DNA from: Tubulanus polymorphus
Taxonomy: Eukaryota > Animalia > Nemertea
NCBI RefSeq assembly: GCF_964204645.1
Contig: NC_134026.1
Coordinates: forward strand, 21,362,150 to 21,426,149
Length of the DNA: 64,000 bases
Reading direction: 5' to 3'
The number at the start of each line of letters is the position of its first letter. Within the stretch, counting starts at the first letter, position 1. The notes below the pieces were generated by a model that made no database searches, had not been told where the DNA came from, and saw nothing but the letters and a program-made list of their open reading frames with translations. The position numbers and the translations under genes were made by a program. Positions 24,048 to 36,920 of the stretch are shown here, piece by piece.

Positions 24048-27000
24048 ATGGCCGCCGACAGGAGGTTAGATCATCCTTACGCAGCAGGCAAAAACATCGA
24101 CTCGTCTAGGCCGTAAGTATTGCCTGTGCACGTCGTCATTCGGCACGGTCGCGGGGAAAAATGCCTGGGTTCGTTTGCGTCTATTTTCACGCTATTTGCA
24201 TGATTGAGACGTGCGCAATAACGCTCGGAAGCGAGCTGTTTGCTGCACGGTCGCTTCGGGAACCGATAATGTGACGTCAATTGTGATCACGTGTGACAAC
24301 AACTGAATAGTAAATACAAGCACGTGGTGATGTTTTGATTGACCCTTAGAGTTGATAAAGATAAGAAAGACATCATTCAGAGTCTTGATGTTTAATTGTG
24401 TGTCAAACTGAAGGTGTGAACAATCCTTGTGGTGCTTTATAGATTATATAACTGTATTGGCCAAAAGGGTTAAAAGCTGTGCATACCGCCATACTGGGAA
24501 GTGTCAACAAGTCTTATGTCTATTTCAACTTGACTTGAGAGCACATCTGGTGGTCTAGCTCGTTTTGATGGTACATACCTGATGACACTGCATGGCAGGT
24601 CTCTGATTGGGTCAGAAATTGGGAGCAGTGACTGCAGTTTAGTGGTGCCAAATTGTAACCATATCCCTTGCCCAGGCCAGTACCATACAATGGAAGGGGT
24701 TACCTATACTCTGGCTTTCCAGAAAATATATTGATCTTGCTGTTGCGACGACTGAAGTGTTAGGACTTGTTCCTGGCATGTATTAATCGGACACAAAATC
24801 ATATCATTCATATGAATGAAAGGGATTATCATCCTTATTCCAAGATCATAGAGTGTAGTTTGATTTATGAAGTGCTAGGGTTGCGTATGGGACACAAGTA
24901 ATATGCATGGAACCTAATGTTAACATTCCTGCTCAAATGCTATCAAAACTCATGAACTTTTCGTTGCATAGTATATAAGGACTGAAAAATCCATTGAAGG
25001 ATTAGGGTTATAGGGATTGGTTACAGATGTCAGATTATAAATATTGCCGTGTAGTGTTAGGGTTATGATTATTTGACCTTTTGTCCCTTATTAAAATCAA
25101 TGATATGTGGCTCCCGCAGTCATAGTCAGTCACCTCAGCTTTACTTTCATTTGAATCTGATCAATATAAAATGAGCACTGTCCCTTTCTATAAAGTTTGG
25201 CTGTTCGCCAGACTAACAATGTGATTCCTTATTGATTTTGGTAAAATTATGATAGGCATTCAGAATTATGGATTGATTGCCGTATGGATTATCAAACTTA
25301 AAGCTGTATTAAAAAAATTGTTGTCGGATTCTATAATCTTTCCAGTGATGTTATTGCTGAGCATATTAGGGGCCACCTTGATTATTCTGAAAATGGAAAT
25401 GCAAGTATATTATTTATGAGATGGATTAGCTGACTCATTTAGAAAATCCGAAATACCCTAGTTTGGGGTTGAAATGTCCAGACTGTACTGTTATGATTTC
25501 AATAGGTGCATGGGCATAAGGCTTTCTAAAATTTGCAAAATTTGAAATTATCAAAATTGTTAAAAAGTTAATCGGTAGGTCCTGACGCTTTCCGATGGCT
25601 AACAAGCAACCATTGTTGTTTGGCAAATTCACCTGGACCCGGTTGTATAGACTGAGTATCAAAGTTATCCCTAGGGGTAAATCCTTAATCTGGGTGACAA
25701 GCCATAGTAACAATGAGAAACCATGTTTATAACTGACAAATTTCAAAATATTCCCTTGGACTGTTTTTCTTCCACATCTATGAAACCCAGCCTCGGACAT
25801 TATCCATATTCATGGTTATGAATATATAATTTGACCACTGTGGGTTCCGTGACTTAGGAGGAGCAAAGGAGCAATGTGATGAAAATATTTCCTCGCCATT
25901 GTCAAGAGCCACACTAATATTAAGATTTCGATTTTCTATTAGATTAATCATACAACACACGCAGCAAGGAAGGGCGCCGTCGCCCCCGCAAAATTATTCA
26001 TCAGCAACTCAAAGAATTCCGATGAACATGTCGACTGGTGGTATCGTCGAACCGGGACAGTTACCGCCGCACTGGCAACGTGCTTTATCAGACCAGGTGA
26101 GCTACGACATGATGTCTGGGCGAATAAACCAATCAAGATTGCCCTGGCACGTGCCGACGCCCTCAATCGCCGATCAGGTGAGATAAAAGTAAACCGGACA
26201 ATTTTGTCGTGCATCGGGGTCTGTCGTGTATAATCGGATGCCTGAGAATATGGGTTTCTTCGATGTGGCGTCTTCATTCACTGTCCGTTTTGCAAGTTAA
26301 TTGTTGGTAAGCTCACCTGTTATTCCACTACCCCCGGTATTCACTGGTGTGTATCAGCTGACCGGCTATATACATTATATATGTGTAACATTTGCTGTAA
26401 ATCCTTTCATTACATAATATGTATCTGATATTATCATTCGCCAATTGCGCGTTTTAAAAAAGTGAGTACCTATGTTGAACTGCAGCCAGTTTTATGGACT
26501 GGGTTTTTAACATTTGACCAATAACTGGTCAATGCTAAATTAGAAAAAAAGTGTGGAAACATGTCCAATTGCAACGATGTGTATCTTGGTCTATAAAACT
26601 GGTGGTCCCTGGTGTTGTGAAACACTCACGCAAAATCATTCATCCATACAAGTAAAAGAATATCAGCCCCTCTGAATGTCCCTGTATGATGGACGTACTG
26701 TATACATGTACTTTTGTTGCATTTTGCCTGTCCACAGTTATATGGAGTAAAATGTTTTTCGACGATAAAGAAGATTTGGACTTCAGTAAATCATTATTCA
26801 TCAACGAGGGGGCAATTTTGCTGCTTGACACAGATTGAAATTTAAGAAAAATATTTCCCCGTCTCTATAAAAGGGTCTCAAACTTCTCTTTGCTATGATT
26901 TAATTCTGTAAACCACAATTTATTTCTGGAGCTGATTAGAGAAAAGGTTATTCAACCTTATGTTGCACTATCATTGATGACTATTGATTTGATTTCAGAT

Positions 27001-30000
27001 TTTACTGTCACAGCAACAATCAGGGCATACTTTTGCCGGGACAGTACGGTCTAATCCTCAACAGCCAGGCGCTGCTCATCCGCGTAGTCTGACGAATGAT
27101 GGCCTAAACGCCGGCCAGGGCGCGCCGCGTGGAAAGACTCCGCCGCCATTGTCGCAAGCGCATTTACCGCTGCGAGTCGGCCAACTACACATGGGACCGT
27201 CGTTCGATCGGTTGAAACTCGCCGAAGAAGTCCGTTCGTGGCAACGAGTATCGCCCGTACAGTCCAGAGTATCACCAGTGCCTTCGAATTCAATGCATTT
27301 AATGGAACCGCAGGATTTATCAAATCGTTTGTCTCCGTTTCACCCCGAACTGCAGCGTATTTCTCCGTCGCGCCTCGCCGAGTTGCAAAACCGGACTTCG
27401 CCGTCGCGATCGTCGGACATGTTGTTGCAGCGGATATCGCCGTTGCACATCGGCGACATCGCCAAGCTGTCGATTCCGATCGCGATGAGCGCTCATTCCA
27501 GCCGGTTGAGCCCGGTGTCGACGGCACAGGTGCTCGCGCGTTTACAGAGTTCGTTCCAGGACAGCGGCAGTAACACGCCGCAAGAACGACATTCGGTGTC
27601 GCCGGCGAAGATAATCACGCCGCCTCGCCGGCCGAGTCCGTACCAGAGCGCCGAGATTCCGCAGCCGGTGCACCACGTTCCTCCCGTCAGTCACGCGTTC
27701 GGACAAAATCTGCCGCGTTTGATGGGGCTGTTATCGAATTCGGAGTTGATCAACACGAACGATCATGTTTCGGCGTTTAGCCAAGCGCGACCGCATGCGC
27801 ACCACACTGCCTCCCCGTCGGCCGTGCGGCTCGCTCGACCGGTTCCGATCGATACGTCGACCCCGATACTGCCGCCGGACAGAATCCCTCCAGTGCTGCC
27901 GTTGATTAACAACGGCGGTCATCAGTTACCTCTTCGGACTAGTGAACCAGTAGCTTTATACCCCGAGCCGCCGAAACTGGAGGCGCAGTCGTCGTCACCT
28001 GTCGGCAACAAGGACGGAAGTGAAAATAAGAGAAAAGATGTTGAAGTCCCGAAAAAGCCTGAATTAGTCGATATGGTAGGTTTTAAGAAACGAATTATTC
28101 ATCAAATCATTGTACCCGATATAGTTGAACTCATTAGCCATGTATTGGAGAAAAATACAGATATGCAGACTTAGAACTAGGAGCCCAGACGGTGAAATCT
28201 GTAAAAACCATTTTAGTAGTTTTACTGGTTCTATATATTAGTGAAATAGCCTTCAACAGTAAGTTAGCATCCCACAGTCCGGTAGCGTGATGCCATTTAG
28301 TTCCTATTGAACTCTAGTACATCTTGAAATGATCTTTGATCCTCAATGGATTTTACTTAGTGAGAATCATTTAGATCATGAGGAGACTCATGTGGACGAT
28401 CACTACGCATTAGCTCACCTTGCGGATATCATATACAAGTCTGCCACAGAGTATTCAAGCATTCTATATCATGTGTTCCTTTTGGTTTCCAGCCCAAGCC
28501 GTTCAATAGACGGCCAAATACATTGAGTAACTTTCCATCTACATCACACCGACCTACTTACCGCTCACATTCCATAGCTATGCATCGAGCCAAGTAAGTA
28601 TGAAGTATATTCGGAAAAATCTCGGCAAAAGCCGTAGGAGTAAAATCCAGATCATACTAGGGATCATTCGAATACATGGGGTCGATATCTAGATTTTAAT
28701 TACCGGTATGATTGAGTATGTTGTGGAAACTTTCAGTTTTTGATCCGTAGTTATTAACCTAGTACATGTACTCAGAACTAATAATCGAATGCATTCTCCG
28801 ATGTTCAATCGTAAACATTTTACTAGTATCTGATCCCGAAGATTAGTATTTTACTAGTAGTCATGTCTACATGGATTAAGTGTGCATATTGTATTTTCAG
28901 GGCTGGTTGTATCACCAGTTCAGCGAAGTCATTGGACTTGCTTCGTCAGAATCTTCAAAAAAGCGTCAACAAAGAAATCGACGAGGTTATTCAGAAATAC
29001 GTCGAGGTGAGCCTCTTCGAAACCGTCCTTCGATTACTTACCGCCTCTTAAGACACGAATTTTAACGTTTTATCTACCCTGAATTTTTTCGCAGAAATAT
29101 TTCAAGAGTGGAATGGATAACATTCGAATGAATAATGGCGAGAACAGCGTGACAGACGAACATCTTCAGGCTGTGTGTCGACAAATTATGGAAGAGGTAT
29201 GATTTTGCGATTGAATTATTATCTATTTTTCTGATAGAATTACAACAAATTGTAATATAGTGAATACTTTAATGAAGCAGTAATAATATATCAACATAAA
29301 ATGATGTAATGATTTGCCAGGGAAAGCTGGATAAGGTTAAATCTTGTGATGCAACTCACCCGTCGGATTCATTCTTACTCTCACACACAATCACCAACTT
29401 ACACCATATATAATGTGAAGAAGTAAAAAGGGTTTCCATGCAAAAAAAAAACAAATCAGATTTTGAAGGAAATGTATATAGAAAGATCGAGTAGACTGCT
29501 CTTAATGTAGATCATTTGGGACCAATGAAATTGATCAGGAATATCCCTATGTTATTTGAGGGTAATTCAGTAGTGGCCAGGTTCTTAGTGGGTATCCAAT
29601 CAGTAGGAGCTAACTGTTATAGAAATAGTTAATAACCATTCGAGTAAATTTCAAATTGTTTGCAATGTACTTTTTGAGATCTCTTCAAGACAAGTCTTAG
29701 CCGTGTGAGAGTAAAATTTAGTCTTAATTCTACGTCGGGACTGTATCTACTTTCACGAAAAAATGACAAGTTTTTCAAAGGTAACTAATCAGTTATAGGT
29801 AACGGATAGTCTATGAAACTATGTTTGGCCCAGATGCAGCTAGCTCCATGATATGAATGTTTGGGAGTTAAGAGATCACTTGTGTAATTTGTTGTTGTTG
29901 TTGTTGTTGGTGGGACCTTGTAAGATTGATTATTTTCTCTGCTACTATTCAGGCGAAAAAGATGTATTCCGATACTCGCAGCAGTACACCAGCTGGTGAC

Positions 30001-33000
30001 ATTTCTGACAACATATCTGAAGCCGGAAGCCATGTCGAACCGCCGGTTAAAAAGCGACAGCCACGAGTAAGCATCGAGCCAGTCGGTGCACTAAAACATA
30101 ACAACTATTCAAATTTTTTTAATCTATGATAGATTAGTCCTTTGTTCGAGGAGGGGAAATAAAACACTTGAAATAGAAAATAGAGCACTATCTTATGATT
30201 CCTATGTAGTTATCGATCTTTGATCTTAATATCCCAGTAAATACCGGCGGTATCATTGATTTTGATAAACAACGGAACCTGCAAAATGCAATAATCTGCA
30301 CAGTGAAATATGAAAAATAAGCCTTCAAATCTCGATTCAAACTATGATGTTTTGGCTTAAATAGAGAACACTGTTGTGCAGGTGGGAAGATGATTATACT
30401 ATAGTTTAAGAATTCGTAAAATTCATGCATATTCCATTACTGATTTAACTATCTATTCAATATTGTTTTAGTAAAATGCAGATTGGGTTTCTCGCTAATA
30501 GTTAAATGGATTCTTTTTTATATTTCAATGATATTCATCTTCAGAACAGCTGTTAGAAATCAATATAGTCCTTCATATTTTTAAATACGTGTGTTTATAT
30601 CGTTGTTATCTACTGCAGACGTTAGCTGGCAGACGCCGCAAGCATTCCGATTCCGACTCTGAAGCCAGTCAACCAGTAGTCTCAACGAAAAAGAAAAAGG
30701 GCCGATTTGCTCACCTACACGGCGGTTCGGGGTAAGTGTCATTGATTGAGGGATTGTCCCTTTAATTCGTAAATCAGTATGGTTGACAAGTGACAGATGG
30801 CAGCACCTGCTTGGTCAGCGTCTGAAGATAATTTATGTCTCCAGGGCATCAATTAATCTAATTTATGACTTTCGTAGTAGAGTGAAGAAGATAAGGTTCG
30901 TTCACCTGAGCTCTTAAATCAAACTTGACACAAGACAGAGCAGGACACCAACAACTAATTGTGTCTTAAAGTTAATTTTTCATTCCTTTAAGTGAACAGG
31001 AAAAATAACTTTTAAAAAGTTTGTGGGCGCCTTGAAAAAATCATATATTTGTGACGTAGTGCATCTCTCAAAAAATGGTTATTAGAATCTATCAAAAATA
31101 AAAGTAGAGTTGTGGAATGTATTTGATTATAAAATAAACACCAAAATTCTCAATTGTAATTGTTATTTTAAAACGCCAATATTGATAACATAGTGCACAT
31201 CGACTCACACAGAACCCCTTGAATAACGCATAGGCCTACTAGGTATCAATGTATATAAACATTATTGTAACTGTTTTTACGGTGTCAAAAAAAATGTCAA
31301 CATGTCTTCAGGAATTATAATCTAGTTGAAGCTGCTTGTTTCTCTGTAATAAATAGTGTAATAAGTGCCACTTTCTTATAATGTCATTGTAGACGTTTAA
31401 CGCCATGCAAGTCGGTAAAACCAGAACAGATAAAAAGAGAAGGCCCAAAGGTATGCAAGTAGTATTTTGTATTAATGCATAGGGCAGCGCAAAACGTATG
31501 AGATGTTTCTGTGTAGCACTAGAATCATGAGACATCTTGTGGTCTGTAGTTCATACCATGTTCATCCCTGATTAAACTTTGTATATCATTTTCAGTGGGA
31601 TCCCGAAAGGCTGAATGAAGACTGTCGCTTTGTCATGGGTGCTAAAGCTAACAAGTAAGCTTTCGTAACCATTTTTCTTACGACCAGGTGATAACAACAA
31701 TGCTATTCAATGAATTTGTTTGAATTACTGAAATTATTAGGGCAGCTTCTGGCCTATAGCTATGTGGTAAAAATAGCAAAATAGATTGAGAGGAATAGCT
31801 GGAATCCAATTTTTGTCATAATTCTTAAAGTAAAGCACGTACAAAGTTTTTAATGGTTTATCTTCCAGAGCATTGGGTCTCGGCAATACTAGGGGTCGAC
31901 TTTATATTAAACACCCCAATGTGTTCAAGGTAAGAACAATTGTACCATTAGTTTCATTGCTAAAAATGAGAGAAAGTCCTCGGGTAGCCCATGAAATATT
32001 TTGTGTTTTCAGTATTCTGGTGATCAAGACGATAAGCAATGGCTGTATGAACATGGTCACATGCCAGCAGTGGGTGGGAAGGCTTACATGTTATTGACCG
32101 AGGATATTAAAGACTTGGCAGAAACAGCTGAATACAAGTAAGTTCTTTTCATGTTATTGGTTGTCTTCGAAATGGTACTGTTAACGTGAATTTTATTTGT
32201 ATACAGCCTTACTCGGACATGGCCAACTCAGACCTTTGCCTAACCTCGCAAGAAAAAAGAATCATTTCCAACGCATTCTCCGACCCATAACTCGAACCAA
32301 TCTGGCTGATCCCAGTTAGTCCGTGTTAGGCAAGGTTTACTGTACCTGGATTTCGTAGCCCTACAACACCTCTATATCATATAAGATATGATACTTGACA
32401 TATCTATTATAGCAGCAGCAGCAAGTTTGAAATTTTGATCTTTGCACACTTTTTGTTCATTACATTTGTATGAACAAATTCATGGTCAGGAAATAATGTT
32501 AATGTTATAATGTTAGGAACTGTGGAATTTTAATTTTACTATGTCAAATATCCACAGGTGAGCTTAAACCAACTTTTGAGCAACTGGTTCCTGGTTATTA
32601 TAACATGTTTAACTACATTCTGTTCTGTACGCAGGGATAGCCCGGGTTTGTTATTGCATCATTTGGAAGGATTTACTGTGCCGGAATGGATGTTGCACAA
32701 GATGCGTAATCAAATGAACGGCATGCGCACGGATTTGAAATCGGGTTCTAAAGCTGGCGGTGGTACGAGTTCAACTGCCGTCAGCCGCTCGGTCACACCG
32801 GTCGATAAAGACGCTTCGAGCATTATTAGTCTCGACCAGGCGGTAAGTTCAAACAAACCCTAGCGATAGATTTTCGAAGAACATTTCTCTTGCATTATTG
32901 TGCATCATTTTTTGTCCAGCGTTGGTGTTCGTCAAACTAGGTTCGTGCTATGAATTTCTAAGTGCGATGTATGTAGATTTTAAATCTGAAGTGTTCAAGT

Positions 33001-34693
33001 TTTCGTTTGTTCACACGTTTGCTGCCAGTTAAGAATATACTCCTACTTCCGGTTCTGTCACAGTGGCGTTGGAACCGTAGCGACTGCAGCGGCCAAAGCT
33101 GCGGTAATAATTTACTGAATTTACTTTTTTTCTTTGAATACAACGTTTTTAAAGAAAATTAAGTAAATTCACAGCAGCAACATTTAAAAATTGTCGAAAA
33201 TCGGTATTTGGCCGCAGCAATCAAAAATTGCTTCCAACGCGCCTGTGTCACCAATGCCGTCTATGAATATATTCGTAGCTGATTCTTCCCATTTACATGT
33301 GAATGATACATTTCCTGATTAGCTGACAATGTGAAACTCTGCTTTATTCTCATTGCCCATTGGTCAATTTCGAAAACAAAGATTGACTATGTAACAGCTC
33401 CAGTGCCAACCTACGAGTATATTCATGGTGGCAATTGGAGGCTGTAGTGTATTATCAAGCTGGCAGCAAATGTGTACAAGATGAAATCGAACCAGTTTCT
33501 ATTCTATTGACATAGGGAATAAATATTTCATTAAGACACCGACGGTAAACTATCATTATGCCGAGATTTACCACTGTATTGTATTTTTGGTTAGCCTGTT
33601 GTTGTTTTGCAAATGGTTTCAGTTTATAAAGTTGTTAGTACGCGTACATATTTACAGGACAGTCTCAGTGACCTTGTTGATGGCGATGACTTGGATAAAA
33701 CACTGCCTTTTACCGGCTCCAGTTTAAAGTCAAAATTAAGCGAGGAGGTAAATTTTTCGACAACCCTTTTGGGCTTGAATGATATACGGAATTGTGTTTG
33801 CTCTTTAAATCCCAGGGCCTCAGAGTTTGGAATGTTTAGATAACAAAAAATTTGTCATCTAACTAACACCTGCTGCTAATAGAATTGTTCAGGTTGTTGG
33901 ATAAAATTTGATGAAAAACGATCTGAGGGACGGAGACAATAACTTGCCATTTTCTCCTTTTCATACATCATTCTTAATGAAGTCATATAATCATTAAGGG
34001 GGCTAGAAATCAGTGCAAGAAATGATGATGACAGAACAAGATCCCAATATTGGTGATCCTCCCAAAATGGTTTATCTATGGTAACTGATCAATTGTACAT
34101 GTACGCATATTTATAGACTGAATCAATGAATAGATATAAGGTTTAGAATTCATGCGATTCTTCTTAAAGCCATATTTTCACCATTCAGATCGAGATCTGC
34201 CTTATAATTATTCTTATAGTTAATGGTTTGAAATTTCTATAGCCTGTTCCAGAGTATTGATAATTGTAGGTTAACATCTGTCTGTCGGTCTTTTCGAGCC
34301 AGTTGCACAGGAGTCTTAGCCTAGTCTTAGTGCACAAATGCACAGCATATCGATCCACTTCAGACAAATAATCTTGAGTTAAAATCACTTTTGGCTGACA
34401 CGACTTGAGCAACTTAGCCAGAATTCAGAAATGCCTTTACTCGTGTAGCGTTCAAATCTCATAATTCTCGTTTTTCTTTCGCTGAATTTCAGGCTTCGCC
34501 GTTGAATAAAGACTTGGATTTGTTGACCGATCCGGATACCGATACGTCATTGGCTGCGATTACACAAACATTCGATTACAGCGTAAGTCCGGTTGCCGGC
34601 GTTTCCCCGCTCTGCGCGCTGGTTGATGACGATGACGACGATTCTGATGGCCCGCCCTTGACTGCTGGATTCGATCCTATTCTCCACCATTGA
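24048..34693 (+). CDS. DNTTIP1: DNTTIP1/TdIF1-like MiDAC histone-deacetylase complex subunit with long N- and C-terminal low-complexity extensions, ~904 aa model
   Basis: Exons 24048-24112, 25943-26177, 26999-28075, 28493-28593, 28901-29006, 29095-29196, 29953-30066, 30619-30731, 31393-31450, 31596-31654, 31869-31929, 32013-32137, 32635-32842, 33658-33747, 34493-34693 (2715 nt, in phase). Dimerisation-domain-like SLDLLRQNLQKSVNKEIDEVIQKY...EEAKKMY. C-terminal domain IKREGPKWDPERL, FVMGAKANKALGLGNTRGRLYIKHPNVFKYSGDQDDKQWL, FTVPEWMLHKMR. The first three and last two exons rest on splice sites and frame only. Confidence 0.88.
32203..32342. mobile_element. Tc1/pogo-like MITE (CAGTAAACCT end, TA target), related to 44690-44753
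   Basis: Right end AGGTTTACTG|TA; left end internally deleted; CCTTACTCGGACATGGCCAACTC matches the reverse complement of ~44715-44742. Confidence 0.6.
33061..33245 (+). mobile_element. CAGTGGC..CCTG MITE, copy 2, apparent 5-bp TSD
   Basis: CAGTGGCGTTGGAA / TTCCAACGCGCCTG; TGTCA on both flanks. Confidence 0.7.
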
Positions 34694-34913
34694 CAGCTGA
34701 TCGCTTTTTAGCTACATCCATAGTATTAGTGGCAGCTGATATTTTCAATTTTATTCGTCTATCTGCGGCCTGAAGTCATTCACTATTCGTTCATCTTTCC
34801 TAAGCAGTCGGTATGAGACAGAGCTTAGTACTGGGGTAATCTTGGCAATGCTATTATGTCCGAGTCTTGAGTAAAAAATTTGAGGAATGGTGATTAAGTG
34901 CATACTTGCCTAG

Positions 34914-35148
34914 CAGGGATTCCAACCTGATGGCATCACTAGACTCGGCCACGGCTCGAAACCTTGCCACACTAGAGCGGGTGCGCAGGTACATGCGCTG
35001 GTTTACCCCAAGAAAACTTCGGCACCAATCAGAATGCTCATTGTATATTTGCCGAGGAAAATTTCTTGGATAGACTACCGGTAAATGGAAAAACCCGATT
35101 TAAAATATAATGGGATTTCTGACTTGTGTGGCAGTGTTTGGATCCCTG
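34914..35148. mobile_element. CAGGGAT-ended MITE just downstream of the DNTTIP1 stop
   Basis: (AG)CAGGGATTCCAAC / GTTTGGATCCCTG(CT); no clear TSD. Confidence 0.5.
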
Positions 35149-36746
35149 CTGGGAAGAATCGATTAAGTGTTGAATGAATGAAGGTTGGATCCAGGCTGCA
35201 GTTAGCGACCAACTTTATTGATTCTCTTTCTGGATTAGTAGAATTATCGAAATGGGTATCAAAATGTTTTTCAAGGGCTTTGATCTGGTTCTACAAATAA
35301 ATGCCTTAAATGAAACTGAAATTGAAGAGGCCTTCAACCCTATGTGCAACTCAGGGGGTCGAATCAATATCAGTATAAACATCATTAGAACTTGACAGTA
35401 TTTTAGCGTTGTATGCAGGCATGGATTCTCACAGCTTAATCGCAGTGACTCGAGTCTCTTTGCAGGTTCTCCATCCGTTATCAGGAGATAGTTGGAAGTT
35501 ACCGTATTGAAGGTAATCTACTAACTCCATATAGAGCTCCCTCTCCCGGTGGTGCTAGCTTTGATAATAAACAACTTAGTAGAACACAATTTCACTGTCC
35601 AATTCATTTTAAGCATACCCGTGTAACACAAACATATTATCATAACTATTAGGTCATACAGTAGATTGCACCTTTCTCTGTAGAGTTAAAGCTGGGGAAA
35701 TTGTACTACGGGAATTGGTAGATTGAAATATTCATGCAAATTATTGTGCATTATTTAGGGGGGGGGAATACGGAAATATTTCTGTTGAGACAAATGGTTT
35801 ACAATCTTGGGCTAGATTTGAAATATTCATTTTGTGTATAGTCAAATTTAACCCTGGACTATATCCCCGACCTGGGTCTTCATTGGTATCGAGTTAGGGG
35901 AATTCTTCTGTATGACGGTGTCTGATTGTAATAATTCAATTTCTGGGCATTCTCATTTTCCTCGGCGTTTGAAAGGAAACCATCTTCATGATTAACACCT
36001 AACTTCTATCGTGGTGATTTCAACTTCACTGAGATGAAAACTAATCGTTTGTTTTTGTAATATGGCTTTGGAGCATTTGTGTAAGGCATATCACTTTTAC
36101 ATCCTCTGAACCTAAAAAACCTCTTTGGGATGTAAGTATAGAGCAAATGTTTAAGATTACTTTTATATGAAGTGTGATAGATGTTTATTGAGCCCTCGAG
36201 AACTGTAACTATTCAATATATTCTCATATTTTTGAATCGGTCCTTCCTTTCAATGATATTTTGACTTGTTACTGTTCACTTTTCACAGGGTGGTAGCCCT
36301 GTTTAAAAGATTGGTGAAGCACCAACATTCAATGTACTGGCAGCTTCAAATATTGGCATGCTACTTCATGATAGCGGTGATTAATTTCTAGAACCAACGC
36401 TTTAGATAAGCATTTACGGATGAGCCTATGCTTTTAGTTACGATTGTTCCGAATGAAGTAGCCAGTAACAGCAAGGCTTAAACTATTTATTGCATGAACA
36501 ACCTATGATGCTCAATTGAAATCTCAAAGTAATCATCTGAACTGTGCTCTATATATTTTAGTTTTGTTCTTCATTAACGATGAAATATATATGTATGTTT
36601 TATTGAAAAAGAAATCTCAGGGGAAGTATTTGCACGGTCTAACTCGCTTGAACCGGATCAGTTGGCACCGATGAAATCTATCTGATCGAGTATTCCATAT
36701 GATTCCAAAAAAATGATATTCTAGATACTGGTGGAGAAAAATGCAA

Positions 36747-36920
36747 CAGTGGAACCTCGTTATAATGAACTCGGATAAAACGATTCATCGGATATAACAA
36801 ATATAGAATTTCATCCAGAGTAAGACATTTTGATAACTTTCATACTGGATATAAGGAACTATAGGTTATAACAAACATATTTTCTTGTCCGGCGAAGTTC
36901 GCTGTAACGAAGTTCCACTG
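36747..36920. mobile_element. Tc1/pogo (Tigger-like) MITE
   Basis: CAGTGGAACCTCGTTATAA / CTGTAACGAAGTTCCACTG; internal GGATATAAC subrepeats; TA TSD decayed. Confidence 0.75.

Noticed and set aside
27051-27573. Antisense (158 aa) and alternative-frame (111 aa) ORFs over the big DNTTIP1 exon
   Set aside because: Expected by-product of GC-rich, stop-poor codon usage; no recognisable domain.
33893-33997. Exon-like stretch in the last DNTTIP1 intron
   Set aside because: In-frame TAA three codons after the acceptor; the model is complete without it.
34691-34711. TGA-C stop context (read-through candidate) in DNTTIP1
   Set aside because: An in-frame TAG follows after five codons; no meaningful extension.
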